Positions 1 to 10,900 of a DNA stretch of 64,000 nt are shown here, piece by piece (within the stretch, counting starts at the first letter, position 1; every line of letters starts with the position of its first letter). The DNA is from Lepidodermella squamata (lineage: Eukaryota > Animalia > Gastrotricha): contig JBLDXI010000003.1 of NCBI GenBank assembly GCA_047495785.1, positions 248,001-312,000 on the forward strand, written 5' to 3'. Below the pieces are notes generated by a model. The model had not been told where the DNA came from. It worked only from the letters and a program-made list of their open reading frames with translations, and made no database searches. The position numbers were made by a program, and so were the translations under genes.

Positions 1-199
1 TACACGGAACGCTAAATACCTGCTTCAATTTCGATTCCGCAAGTGGCGTTAATTCATTTTATTTCCAATCGCAAAATCATTTTTCTTTGATTTTAGTGGT
101 CCAGATTGAGTTAAAGATCATGAAAAAATAACCAGCGTGTTCGTTGTGATGTCACCTATCTGGAACCATCAACAAACATAGGGAAATTTTTAAACTTTG

Positions 200-840
200 A
201 TCGGAACCAACAAATAAAAAATCGAATGTTTTGTTTACTTGGCCTCCAAGCCTCTGATGAATCATCTGACCATCTGGCGCCCATGGCGTACACCCTTTTT
301 CACGCTAGTGGGCGATCTATACTGAACTAATATATCTATGCAGTTTACGCTAACAGGAGGTGATAAATAACTATTTGCCATGATGCCATTATCGATGGCT
401 GAAAGAATTTTCTCAATGTAAACCGGAAAAGTGTGAATTAAATTGAAAGATGGCATAAACGGAATCACTGAACAGACTCCTTGAAATAGGCTGATGAGTC
501 ATAAGCTGAAATGATTTCGCGCCTTGATCAACCAATTTTATTCTCAATGCCCTAGTATTCATTCCAAAGCCCTGATCAGTATTGAATGAATTGCCTATAG
601 CTGCTTTATTGATAAGAAGGTGCGGAGTGGCGGACTGGTTTGATAGCGAATTCTTCCGTACGTCAGCGGCGCCATCCGAACCACGAATGCGAAACACAGG
701 GCGCACACAATGCGCGAAGACATTGAAATCCGGTGCCTGGTTCTCGGTGACGAAATCCTCGTCATCAACGATTCCGGAGTCTTCATAAGCGGGTTAAAAA
801 AATAGACCGGCTTCTACTTCTGCCTCATCTTCTGAGGCGT
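200..840 (-). mobile_element. Possible highly degenerate piggyBac-like transposase remnant
   Basis: Broken minus-strand frames give an acidic patch (SEDEAEVEAG, DEDFVTEN), then PISRSLFSD..HFS and YLSPPVSVNCIDILVQYR, loosely like piggyBac MSR.RF...LHF and Y.P...L.IDE motifs. Many stops and frameshifts; weak. Confidence 0.25.
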
Positions 841-1269
841 AATATCGCAAAAATTCCATTATGTTATCAATAAAGCAATCTTGAAACATGACCACTAAAC
901 CTATAGAACCCCTTTTCCGATTATTCAACCGCGTGTTCCGATGTAATAGCGCATGTTTACGATTCCGACATAGTGACGCCGAAATTGCGTCGCAAGATAA
1001 AATCTAACAATAGAGCAGCCTGCAGGAATAGGTCTTACAAGCTGATTTTTCGTATTCGAGGTTGGTTTGTTAAATGAGGACAGTAGGCGAAAAAGGAGCC
1101 GGTTTCGCTGGAGAAACGAGAAGTTCTGATTTTCAGATGTTTCTTGTAACTTCGGCGTCACCATGGATGATTTAATGCGAAATTTTCTGAAAAATTGGTT
1201 TAATGAAAAGTTTAGTTACCTTATTTCTTATAATCCATGCTAACGAAATTTCCCTTTGCAGTAGGCTCT

Positions 1270-2035
1270 GCATAAATGACAGCGATAAGGATGGCTAATG
1301 GACTGGTCTTCAGCCATTTGAACAACGGCGACATCACCTTGGGCCAGGCAGCACCGAAAAATCTGGCTAAGTTTTAGTCCACACAAGATTTAGCTGTTCG
1401 GATAATCTGTGGTGCCTACTCTCTCGCAGATGCAGAGCCTCTTCGTCATCGCCTCGGATGGGTCGATTCTCACCAGAAACACGCCATTCACTTGGCTACA
1501 TTCGTCTGGAATTTTCTTCACGAAAAAGCGCCCGTCACAAGTCAATCGCTCTTTAGGCTGAACGATGAACGACATCCACAGCTACTCAACCACGCGCAAC
1601 ACCGAACCGATGTTCAAACATACTTATATGCCTCAGTTCGCGGCACACTGAGTCTGCGCTGCCGCGCGGTCCCGATCTTTGGAACAGCCTACCTGTCAAT
1701 GCCCGACTAGCTGAATCGGCTGAGGCTTGCCGTTCTTGTTTCGCTTAGTTTTACGAAAAAATGGCTCTGTTCTATTTCTCAGAAAAATAAAACAAATACT
1801 ATTCTTATACTGCTGTGATGATGTTTACTGTTTAACTTTTGCGATTTTTGTTGTTCGATTGACCGAGTCTGAGCTATAACTTTGTTTACTCCTAACTACA
1901 CCTTTCCGCGCTAAATCTGAACTTTTCCTGCAATTATATGTCTTACCATTAACATGTCTTAACATTGTCAAGCTGCCCTCTGCTGGGCGTATGAGCTTTC
2001 CAATAAAAAAATAAATAATACAAAATAAATAAATG
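1270..2035 (+). mobile_element. 5'-truncated degenerate LINE (CR1/L2-group-like) 3' end
   Basis: Decayed frame MANGLVFSHLNNGDITLGQAAP matches ORF 27815-28567. The 3' end caagctgccctctgctgggcgt followed by an (AATA)-rich tail matches the reverse complement of 27560-27615. Confidence 0.8.
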
Positions 2036-2427
2036 AGACTTGAATGCTGCTAGTTAGCAAGTGCCTATGAGCCTCCCGGTGGTTAATCCGGGTCATTCGC
2101 CATTAGTAGGCTGGGTCAATATTGCGAGGGCAATAATTGCAAAATCTAAATCCATATTCAAAACTCTCTCGAGCCCCGGCGTTTTCCCGTAGGCTTCCTA
2201 TATTGTAATTTATAACCAGATCCTACCACAATCCCATTAAAATTCGAGTGATACATCAGTTACTGGGCTGTAAGAAGTAACGATTATTTACTCAGCTATT
2301 TTTTTACGTACAAAATGTATGATTATTTGCTTACTTGAGCGTTGAGTGGTTAAGAACCATGGTTATGACACCACGTTATTTACCATAGGATGAGCTGAGT
2401 GAAAGAAGAGGCGTAATTGCTGCACGC

Positions 2428-2436
2428 TATATATAG
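2428..2436 (+). promoter_or_regulatory. Putative TATA box of the amidase gene
   Basis: tatatatag about 40 nt upstream of the ATG at 2473, which has an A-rich context (aataaaATG). Confidence 0.4.
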
Positions 2437-2472
2437 GTCGCGATTAGCATCCTGATTCCTCATGACAATAAA

Positions 2473-4230
2473 ATGTTGCGAGTCCTAATTTTTCTCGGAT
2501 TTCTAGCTGGTCTATCCAGCCAGCAAGCACCTTCTGTTCCCCCAGCTAATTTCGACTATACGATTGCGAAGATCTCCGACATTCAAGCTGCGATCAAACA
2601 GCGATATGTAACCTGCGCCGGCATTGTAGCTGGCTACCTACAACGTATCGATAGATATGGCTTTCAAAACGACACTGGAGCTATTGTTGCGACCAACCCG
2701 AAAGCCATCGAAGAAGCCCTGGCCCTGGACTCGTACTTCAACTCAACTGGAAAGTTCAAAGGCCCTCTTCACTGCGCTCCTCTAGTTGCTAAGGACAATA
2801 TCGATGTAGCTGGAATTGCGACGACGAACGGTCTTTCGGCATTCAAGAATCAAGTCCCCAATAAAGATGCAACCGTTGTGAAGAATTGCAAAGATCAAGG
2901 CGCGATTTTCATTGCCAAGGCCAACATGTCACCGATGGCTGACAAGGAAGCCTGGGGAAACTCTGAGACTGGTGGCCAAATTCGAAATCCTTACGCCAAG
3001 GAATACACTACCTACGGATCAAGTGGCGGCAACTCAGCAGCGGCGAATGCCATGCTAGCAGTTGGAGGAATCGCGACTGAAACTGGGGTTTCTATCAATT
3101 TGCCATCCTCGACTGGCAATTTGGTCGGAATCCGTCCGCCTCTTGATTTGATCAAGGCCATCAACGGCCAGGACGGAGTCATGCCAAATAGTTTGTTGCA
3201 AGACGTAACTGGGCCGATAGCTCGCAACATTGACGATGCGTTGTTGATCCTGGATGGAATGCTTGGGGGACATGAGTTCTATGGGTCTGTCTCGAGCCTT
3301 GAAGGCGCTGAAGGGCTGAAATTCGGAATTTTCGATCTCTTTACCTACGTTACATTCCCACTTCCTGGATTGGGGACATATTCAGTCGACCCGAAGATTC
3401 AGGCGCTGTTCACGGAGGCGACTCAGAAAATGACTTTAGCTGGGGCGGTGGTGAAAAATCAAACCATCGACTTCAATTCGGCTGCAACTCCGATCTTCAC
3501 CTTGCTTCAAACTGGAACATCTAGCTGCGTCGCAGCTTGGAGAGATGCGTACCTTGGAGACAAAGCTCGCTTCAATTCCAGCCAATTCCAATCTGTTGAA
3601 CAAGTTGTTAAAGCCAATAAGCTGCCTACGTATTACCAGAAGAACTGGCAAAGTGTCTACGACGCAGGAAAGGTCGCTGGGCAGTGCGATAAAGAAACAA
3701 AGTTCTTCAACGAGCAGGTTGCTTCGCTGATTAAAAACGCGATAAACCCTTTGCTGGGCGATAATGATATCATTATTTGGCCGACTGTTCCCAGCTTCCC
3801 CGCTAAATTGGGCTCGGATGCTGCGGGCAGAGACTGGGGATCTGCGACTACAGCACCTATCAATCTGGTTTTGTTAGCATCATGGACTGGCTATCCGTCA
3901 ATAACAGTCCCACTTGGCTTTAGCGATCCTACTCCTGATGCTCCGCAGGGCCTTCCAATCGGAATGTTCATGATGACTAAACCTGACAAGGTTGATATGC
4001 TTTTCAGGGCGGCTTACGGTTACACTGCGAATTTCGGAGCTTCGAAACTGCCGGTCAACTATCCTCGGATCGATAACGAAAGAATGCCGCCGAGAGATCC
4101 GCCTACGACGACATCGCCTCCTCCGGCCCCCGCACCTGCGCCGATTTGGCCGGCTAGAATTCCTCCGATGCCAGCCCTCCCGCCTCTTCAAGCCGTTACT
4201 AATTTTTTCAACAATCTATTCGGTCGGTGA
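2473..4230 (+). CDS. Secreted amidase-signature (AS) family enzyme, 585 aa, intronless, Pro-rich C-terminal tail
   Basis: Hydrophobic N-terminus MLRVLIFLGFLAGLSS. AS motifs GPLHCAPLVAKDNID (Lys), YGSSGG (cis-Ser), ATETGVSI (nucleophile Ser), GPIARNIDD, GYPSITVPLG, GLPIGM. Confidence 0.93.
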   Translation: MLRVLIFLGFLAGLSSQQAPSVPPANFDYTIAKISDIQAAIKQRYVTCAGIVAGYLQRIDRYGFQNDTGAIVATNPKAIEEALALDSYFNSTGKFKGPLHCAPLVAKDNIDVAGIATTNGLSAFKNQVPNKDATVVKNCKDQGAIFIAKANMSPMADKEAWGNSETGGQIRNPYAKEYTTYGSSGGNSAAANAMLAVGGIATETGVSINLPSSTGNLVGIRPPLDLIKAINGQDGVMPNSLLQDVTGPIARNIDDALLILDGMLGGHEFYGSVSSLEGAEGLKFGIFDLFTYVTFPLPGLGTYSVDPKIQALFTEATQKMTLAGAVVKNQTIDFNSAATPIFTLLQTGTSSCVAAWRDAYLGDKARFNSSQFQSVEQVVKANKLPTYYQKNWQSVYDAGKVAGQCDKETKFFNEQVASLIKNAINPLLGDNDIIIWPTVPSFPAKLGSDAAGRDWGSATTAPINLVLLASWTGYPSITVPLGFSDPTPDAPQGLPIGMFMMTKPDKVDMLFRAAYGYTANFGASKLPVNYPRIDNERMPPRDPPTTTSPPPAPAPAPIWPARIPPMPALPPLQAVTNFFNNLFGR

Positions 4231-4630
4231 AAAGGATGATGCGGAAAGCTTATTTACGGGTATACCGGTGAGAAAAAACAATGCTTGCTAAGTATTGATG
4301 ACTCTTCTTCTGTTCTTGGGGTTTTGGTGTGCATACCGTAAATTCCCAAATACAAGCCTAGGCGGCATTACAAAGAACATTAAAGTGTCGTTGTATTTTG
4401 AGAATTTATTTCTTAGTCTGAAATAAAATGGAAACAACTTTTTTATTTGTCTTCGATGCCACGACAGTGAGAAAAGAATAAAGAAAATTAAAGGCTTGAC
4501 CTGTCAGGTTACTGGCTCTTGCATGAAGCAGCGCTGTAAGTACACGGCAAAGGGGCCATCGCTGAGCTTATCAAGCCAGGTAGAAGCTGTTGCTCGCAGA
4601 AGCAAAACGAGGCGAACTAACCGACAACAT

Positions 4631-4781
4631 TTGAGACCCGTAAAGCGATTTCGGCCCTATCTCACCTTCATAGTCATTTGAAATGGGGTGTTGCGCAATA
4701 ATGATAATAAGCATGCGTCAGCTGTGGCCTTTCAAGTGACTGTGACGATGAGATCGGGCCGAAATCGCTTGACGGGTCTCA
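4631..4781. mobile_element. Short MITE / inverted-repeat element
   Basis: tgagacccgtaaagcgatttcggccc ... gggccgaaatcgcttgacgggtctca terminal inverted arms. Confidence 0.6.
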
Positions 4782-5149
4782 TTTATCCCTAGCTCTCTTT
4801 TATTACTATAGAAGTCTATAATTGGCCGATATCGCTTTGTGGACATGGCGGAATCACCACTTGCCGACACAACGAATCGGTTTTCGTAATTCTAATGAGA
4901 CACCAAGGATTATTTTATATACCGATCTGTGTTGTAGACAGAGTAGTTGAAATTGACGAGTGAAATTAACTTCGTGGCATGATCAGATACTTACAGGAAC
5001 AAATCAAATATCGAAGTCGCATGATAATGGACGCAAACAGCTGAAAATAAATTGGCCAAGTCATGAGCGCGTGCTGGACAATAGTTCAAAGCAGGCAGAG
5101 TCAACCTTTCTGAGAATCAGGTTTGACTGTAAAACAAAATACGAATAGC

Positions 5150-6035
5150 GTTTGGATTTGGCCAAGCTAGTATTCCTACCCCCGAACACTACTAGCGTTT
5201 TGCAGCCTTGTGATCAGGGGATTATCTTTGATCTGAAAAAACGATACAGATCAGCTCTCCTCTCTCGGCAAATTGCATTTCTGGAAGACAATCCGACGAA
5301 AAAGCTGGATGAAATGCCCCCAATCTCGCTGGTCGAAGCCGTTCACGGTATCAAAGCTGCGTATATCAGCATACCTAAGACAACCTTCCGCAACTGCTGG
5401 CGAATTGCGATGGGTCAGAGTAACCAAACGATTGAACCAACCGCCCTATTGCTCTCCAGCTTGCAGCCAAAATTTGACAGACTTAAATCTTTGCTGGGAA
5501 ATATCGATTTCGAATTTGGCGACTACATTAAGGCGGACGAGGAAGTTCGCACGGCTGCTCCAAGCTCCGAAGAACCCGGTGATGACAGCGCTGACGAAGA
5601 AGCAGACGCCCCCGAGGAAGTTGTTCAAGAATCGACCTTGTCAGCTGCTTTCCAAGCGCTCAGTGTGTTGCGAAGCTATGCGGGGTTAGACCAGGCCCTA
5701 CTAGATCGCATCGATGAGCGACTCGTCAGCTGCACTTTTGAAGCTAAAACTAAACAGGCTGACATCCGCAATTTTCTAATTTAATTGTGATTTGATCGTG
5801 ATGCTAAGTTTTATGAAGCAGTTCTTGAATTGCGGATGTCGCTACTAGCAGAGTAAAATTGCATGCTAAATACCCCTGATCTTGTTATTCTAGATTTATT
5901 ATATGATTGGTGAAACAGGGCTCTATCAGAGGTATGATTTGTACATGTTATTGCCGGTTTAAAATAATCCGGACTTTCTCTAAACCGGACCATTTTGCCT
6001 GGCAGACCCGAGTCCGGTTTATACAACTTTCACTG
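5150..6035 (+). mobile_element. 5'-truncated pogo/Tigger-type (DDE_1) transposase fragment with 3' TIR
   Basis: ORF 5152-5784 has FLPPNTTSVLQPCDQGII..LKKRYR and NCW, and ends KQADIRNF (typical pogo/Tigger). Element ends ...ccggtttatacaactttcactg followed by TA. Confidence 0.88.
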
Positions 6036-6856
6036 TATTTATTCGACTAACTTTGCACGCAATTTCAGCGCGAACCAAGTATTTATTAAAGAGTTTGAAA
6101 GTTTGAAAGAGTAACACGATGGTAACACGTTTCGGCTTCACCTCGGGTTTCCACGAGGCATTTTAGAGTCTATTCAAGAGCTTCCAAAGCACTAACTTCT
6201 TACCTAAACCTTTCAATTATAAACAAAATCGAAAATGACTGCTCAGATCTTGGGACGCTAGCCGCGTGACCATAATGTTGACTTTCGGGCACCTTCGGGC
6301 GTCATTCCATGCATGCGTCGGATTCGGACGAATTAATAACGATGCTCGCTGTTAACAGCCCTCACAATTAATTCATAATTGTTGCTGAACAATGGGAACT
6401 ATCAACGAAATCTGCAATAATAGATGCAGTCAGTCATCGGTTAGCTGAACAAACAGGATTGATGTTGGTTATTGATGGTCTAAAAGTCAATCAAACGGCT
6501 TATCACTTGTTGTTTATTTTGACGTTATCACTTCCGGAGTTGAATTAGGCGTCAAACCACGAATTTGTGATTGAAAACTCTAACTCTGCTAACTCAGAAA
6601 GCATAAGAAAGTTAGTTTCCAAGAGCCAACGAAATAATGTCGAGAAAACTGATAACTCTCAAATTGAGACGAGACCAACAGCATTTGTCACTTTGCTCCT
6701 TCCGAAGGATGAGGCGCTTGAGGACCATTGGGTTATGACGCACAAGGCGAAACCACTGAGCAATAGTGCTGGGTCATGGTAGTCATCTTCGTTCGGCATT
6801 TTTATATACTAAACGAACGCTACACTTAAGCATTTTTTGCCGGTTGTAGATAGAAA

Positions 6857-6930
6857 GCCTCCTATTGTATAGTGGCTCAAATCCATGGTTCTGATCCTTA
6901 AGGTTCCGGGTTCGAATCCTCCTTTTTCCC
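6857..6930 (+). pseudogene. tRNA-derived / tRNA-like relic
   Basis: A-box-like tgtatagtgg and B-box ggttcgaatcc followed by T-runs; no complete acceptor stem. Confidence 0.35.
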
Positions 6931-7049
6931 CATTTTTTTTTCTTTCGTCAGTTTTTTTGTAAAAGATGACGAAGTGACGAAACGACGAAACGACGAAGCA
7001 ACGAAAAAAATAACGCCTCAGAACTAGCTATTCATACCACGTGACAACG

Positions 7050-7600
7050 TGGACTTTGATCCTGCAATACGGAAGCATAATGGTTGCACCACGTGATTTC
7101 AGGAAATCAATGACAGCTTGGTGAATATTATGGATTGCTTCGTCTAACGGTCCCGTAAGGAGATTCGCTTTCGCGTTGACATTAGCACCACGATTGACAA
7201 GCAGCTAGACGAGTTCTAGGCGGCCCCAAAAGGACGCATCCATCAATGGCGTTTCGCCGAAATCCGATCTTATGTCCACGTCTGCTCCTCGGTCGAGAAG
7301 CAGCCTCACTACAGCCGTGTGGTTGTTTCTTGTAGCCTATTGAAGAGCAGTATAGCTCTGTCCACGTGCCTCATCCCGGTTGACGACCGCGCCGTGGCGC
7401 CGTGAGTAGCAGCATAGTAGTAATCTCGAGATGTCCCCCTCCGGCAGCAACCCCCAGCGGCGTAACGCCGTAACGTTGCCTCTTGCGTCAACAGCTGCTT
7501 CACGATCGAGGAGCAACCGAACTATGTCCGTTAGGTTTTTCGCGGCAGCAATGTACAAACTCGTGAGCTGCATCTCGCCCTCCTGGCTGTTGACGTCTGG
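7050..7600 (-). pseudogene. Degenerate ankyrin exon of a fourth EGF-ankyrin paralog
   Basis: DVNSQEGEMQLTSLYIAAAKNLTDIVRLLLDR...ETPLMDAS...ELV*LLVNRGANVNAKANLLTG...AVIDFLKSRGAT, closest to 19245-20033. Frameshifts and stops; no upstream EGF exons seen. Confidence 0.85.
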
Positions 7601-7936
7601 CAGGCAGTACAAAAGAGGCAGAAAATTATTACAAGAAATAAAGTCTTCTTCTCCCATCTGCGTTTCCTCAAAATGGTATGAGAAAGATCGCGATAAGATG
7701 AAGAAAATCATCCTACTCCATAGGCTTAATTTTTATCGCTATATCAACGTCAATTACTGAACACTGAAAGAGAAATGCTATTATTTTATTGCTAGAAACG
7801 ATTCCTCACAATCCCTGCCCGCCAGCCCGTATAGGCTAAGTGAAGGTGGCAAAAAAGCGAGTTAGCAACAAGAAACTGAAGATTGAAGTGATAAATCTCA
7901 GATTGGGACAATCACCAGCCCGCTACTGCGAATTCC

Positions 7937-10900
7937 TTACTTCGCTCCTTCCAAAATATAAGGTGCTTTAGTAGCACCCCGTGATGCCAGGAAATCAATG
8001 ACAGCTTGGTGTTTGTTATGGTCCGCTTCATCCATAGCTCCTGAGCAGTCAAGCAACTTTGCGTTGACATTAGCGCCGCGATCGACAAGCAGCTTGACGA
8101 CGTCGAGGTAACCCATACTAGACGCTTGCATCATTGGCGTCTAGCCGAAATCCGCTGCTTTGTTTACCTCTGCTCCTCGGTCGAGAAGCAATCTCACAAC
8201 GGCCGTCTGGTTGTTTGCTGCAGCTAATTGAAGGGCAGTATTACTAAGTCCCCTTACTTCACCGTTGACGACTGCACCGTGATCAAGAAGCAACCTAACA
8301 ACGTCGATGTATCCCTTTTCCGCAGCTAACGCCAGTGGTGTAATGTCGTTAAAATTTCTTTTGTCAACATCTGCTCCTCGGTCAATAAGCAACCGCACCA
8401 TGGCGGTGAAGTTGCTCCCGGCCGCAATGAACAAACTCGTGAGCTGAAGTGAGTCGCTCTCCTGGCTGTTGACGTCTGCGCCGCGATCGAGCAATAGACG
8501 GGCAATTTCAAGTCGCTCGTCAAGCCTGCTATTGCAGTTGACGACGCGATGTAGTAACGTGGTGTTCCTTATCTGGAATGAGCAGTTGGTGTAAGTGTTC
8601 GGATCGCGTCGATTCGGATCGAACTTGATGCCAGTCGCCGTATCGATCTCACCAATCAGACGCCGCACGGCTGCGACGTCGGCCTCCTCACATGCTCTTC
8701 CAAGCCGCCTGTGAAGTTCGAGGTTTTCGTCAAACTGGGATTGGTAGAAAATTAAAAGCATAGACATAACAATCATTATGTAATAGAAATAACTAATAGA
8801 AACTAATGACTACTTTATCGATCAATCGCCTTCGAAGAAAAAGGTTTTTTGAAACTCCAATATCGATGGTCAAGGCACGTCGTGGCAAGGTACCATTATA
8901 CCAGCCCGCTTCTATCTTCCATTACTTAACTTCATTATACAGTGCTCCCTCGTTAGTGGCACCCTCCTTAAAAGAACTCCCTAGTTTGTAGACCGTAATT
9001 TTGGACCCTGCTAAATAAATTAGTTGTAAATTTTTAATGAAAGAAAAAATAATTATTTGATAGATTTAAATAATTAAGCGTGAACATATAAAATAATAAA
9101 GCGTTCCTAGAAACCTAGCGGCGCGTTGTCGTGGTTTTGAGAGATCCAGTTATTTCAAGTTTATTCCAAACGAGTTGAAAGATCAGCAGTGCATTAAGCT
9201 GTTCTTGTGGCTTTGAAATGACTTTGATTATGCAACAGAGTGTGTGGATTAGCTGCCACTCCAGTCGTCTTGTTTTTTTGTTAAACTTTTCCATCAGAAA
9301 TTACGCCAGTTTATCAGACAAAATCAGCAATTCATTTCAATAACTATAAAAATGCCCGTCAATCTTCTATCTCCTTGTTTTGCAGATTTTTCCTCACGTC
9401 AATTGCTGATCAACTAAAAGGCTCATCTGAATTGCCCTGATTTTTCATTTTTTAGCTTTCTCCCGGCCAGAAAATCTCTTGTCATTTACCAGCATTATTA
9501 GCATGATCAAATTGGGATATAAATCGTGTTTTTAAGGAAACTGAAACATCCTAATTTTGTTCCCAGCGGTGTTACGTAATCATGAAGAATCATGTCCTTG
9601 TTTTAAGATTTACTTTAATTTCGATACATGGATTCATTCTCATAAAATTAGACCGATTTCATTCGTTCCAGTTGTCCTGAGTTATTGGAATTATTAGCCG
9701 ATTTTCGATAGTCGATAGGCCTGATCTAACATGAAAATGGCTGCCACTACTCTACGATTTCATTGCTCAACGTCTTGGCAGTTTTACGGATTTTTTTCAC
9801 AACTTTTAATCATTCAATTTTGACTTTGAAAATCGCAACATCCCGAGGAGGGGCGGCGGGAGCTTCTGCCCGATTTTTTACCTTGTTCTGATCTTAATAG
9901 GCCAGTTGAATGAAAACGAGATCACGCCTGAGAAGATACAAATTTATTCTATTCAATCTAAACATCCTCTTGTTCCCTCTTCCCTCTTCACGGAACCACA
10001 CGCCTTATGCCTTGAAATCGGCCCGTGATTGCTCAATGCCATTAATTCGATGAATTTAAAAAAGAAAAATTCAGGTTAACCGCGAAAAAATTGTCGAAAA
10101 TACAATATTCATCCAAATTGTTTCAAATTTCATTTTTTAACTAATTCTACGAATTTTAGGCGAATTGAGTTCTGGATTGAACACTTGGAAAGAATGTTTG
10201 GCTAAATTTGTTGGTGATTTATTCAGAAGTATTCTGGTCAATCTTGACCGAGGTGATTGATTTTTTAAGCTGTGATTTCCAATGAATATTTGTTTGCGAA
10301 ATCGGACGAGCTTGGCATTTTTGAAGTAAATTGAAATGATGAGATTCCTGGTTTTTTTATTCTGAGTTCGTTATTAACCCCAGGCAGGACTTGAAATCAG
10401 AGTAAAAAACAAGGCCAACCAGTCAAATCAAAGCCGCCCTGGCAAATAAGAATTAAAACTTGGCGACGAACTTACAATTCATAGTGTTACTGTTTCACAG
10501 CCTTCAGCGAGCGAAATTTGTAATGACACGTAATCCGTGTCCGTCTCTTTCTGCGCGTTGGCATGCCAACTGTCTTAAGTCGTAGAAACGGTCTATTTTT
10601 AGCTTCTGCATTCAATTACAGCCCTCGTTATAGCTTTCCCTTGTTTAAAGACCGGGTCTGGCTCCCGACCCAGTGCTTTTATCGAGGGAGCACTGTATTT
10701 CGGGAGTTTCCTCTCGCGGAATGTAATTTAACGAAAATGTGAAGTAATTTCCCCAGGGTATTTGGTGAGTAAACTCTCGTGATTGTTTGAGCAACTGTAG
10801 CAAAATATCTATATTAGGTAAATAGAGCTTCATATTGTTAGAGAAATGAGCCTTTACACCAAAACATGACATTACGAAGCTCAACAAAATAAATAAACGT

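Noticed and set aside
6857-6930. Functional tRNA gene
   Set aside because: Has a B-box but no pairing acceptor stem; treated as a relic
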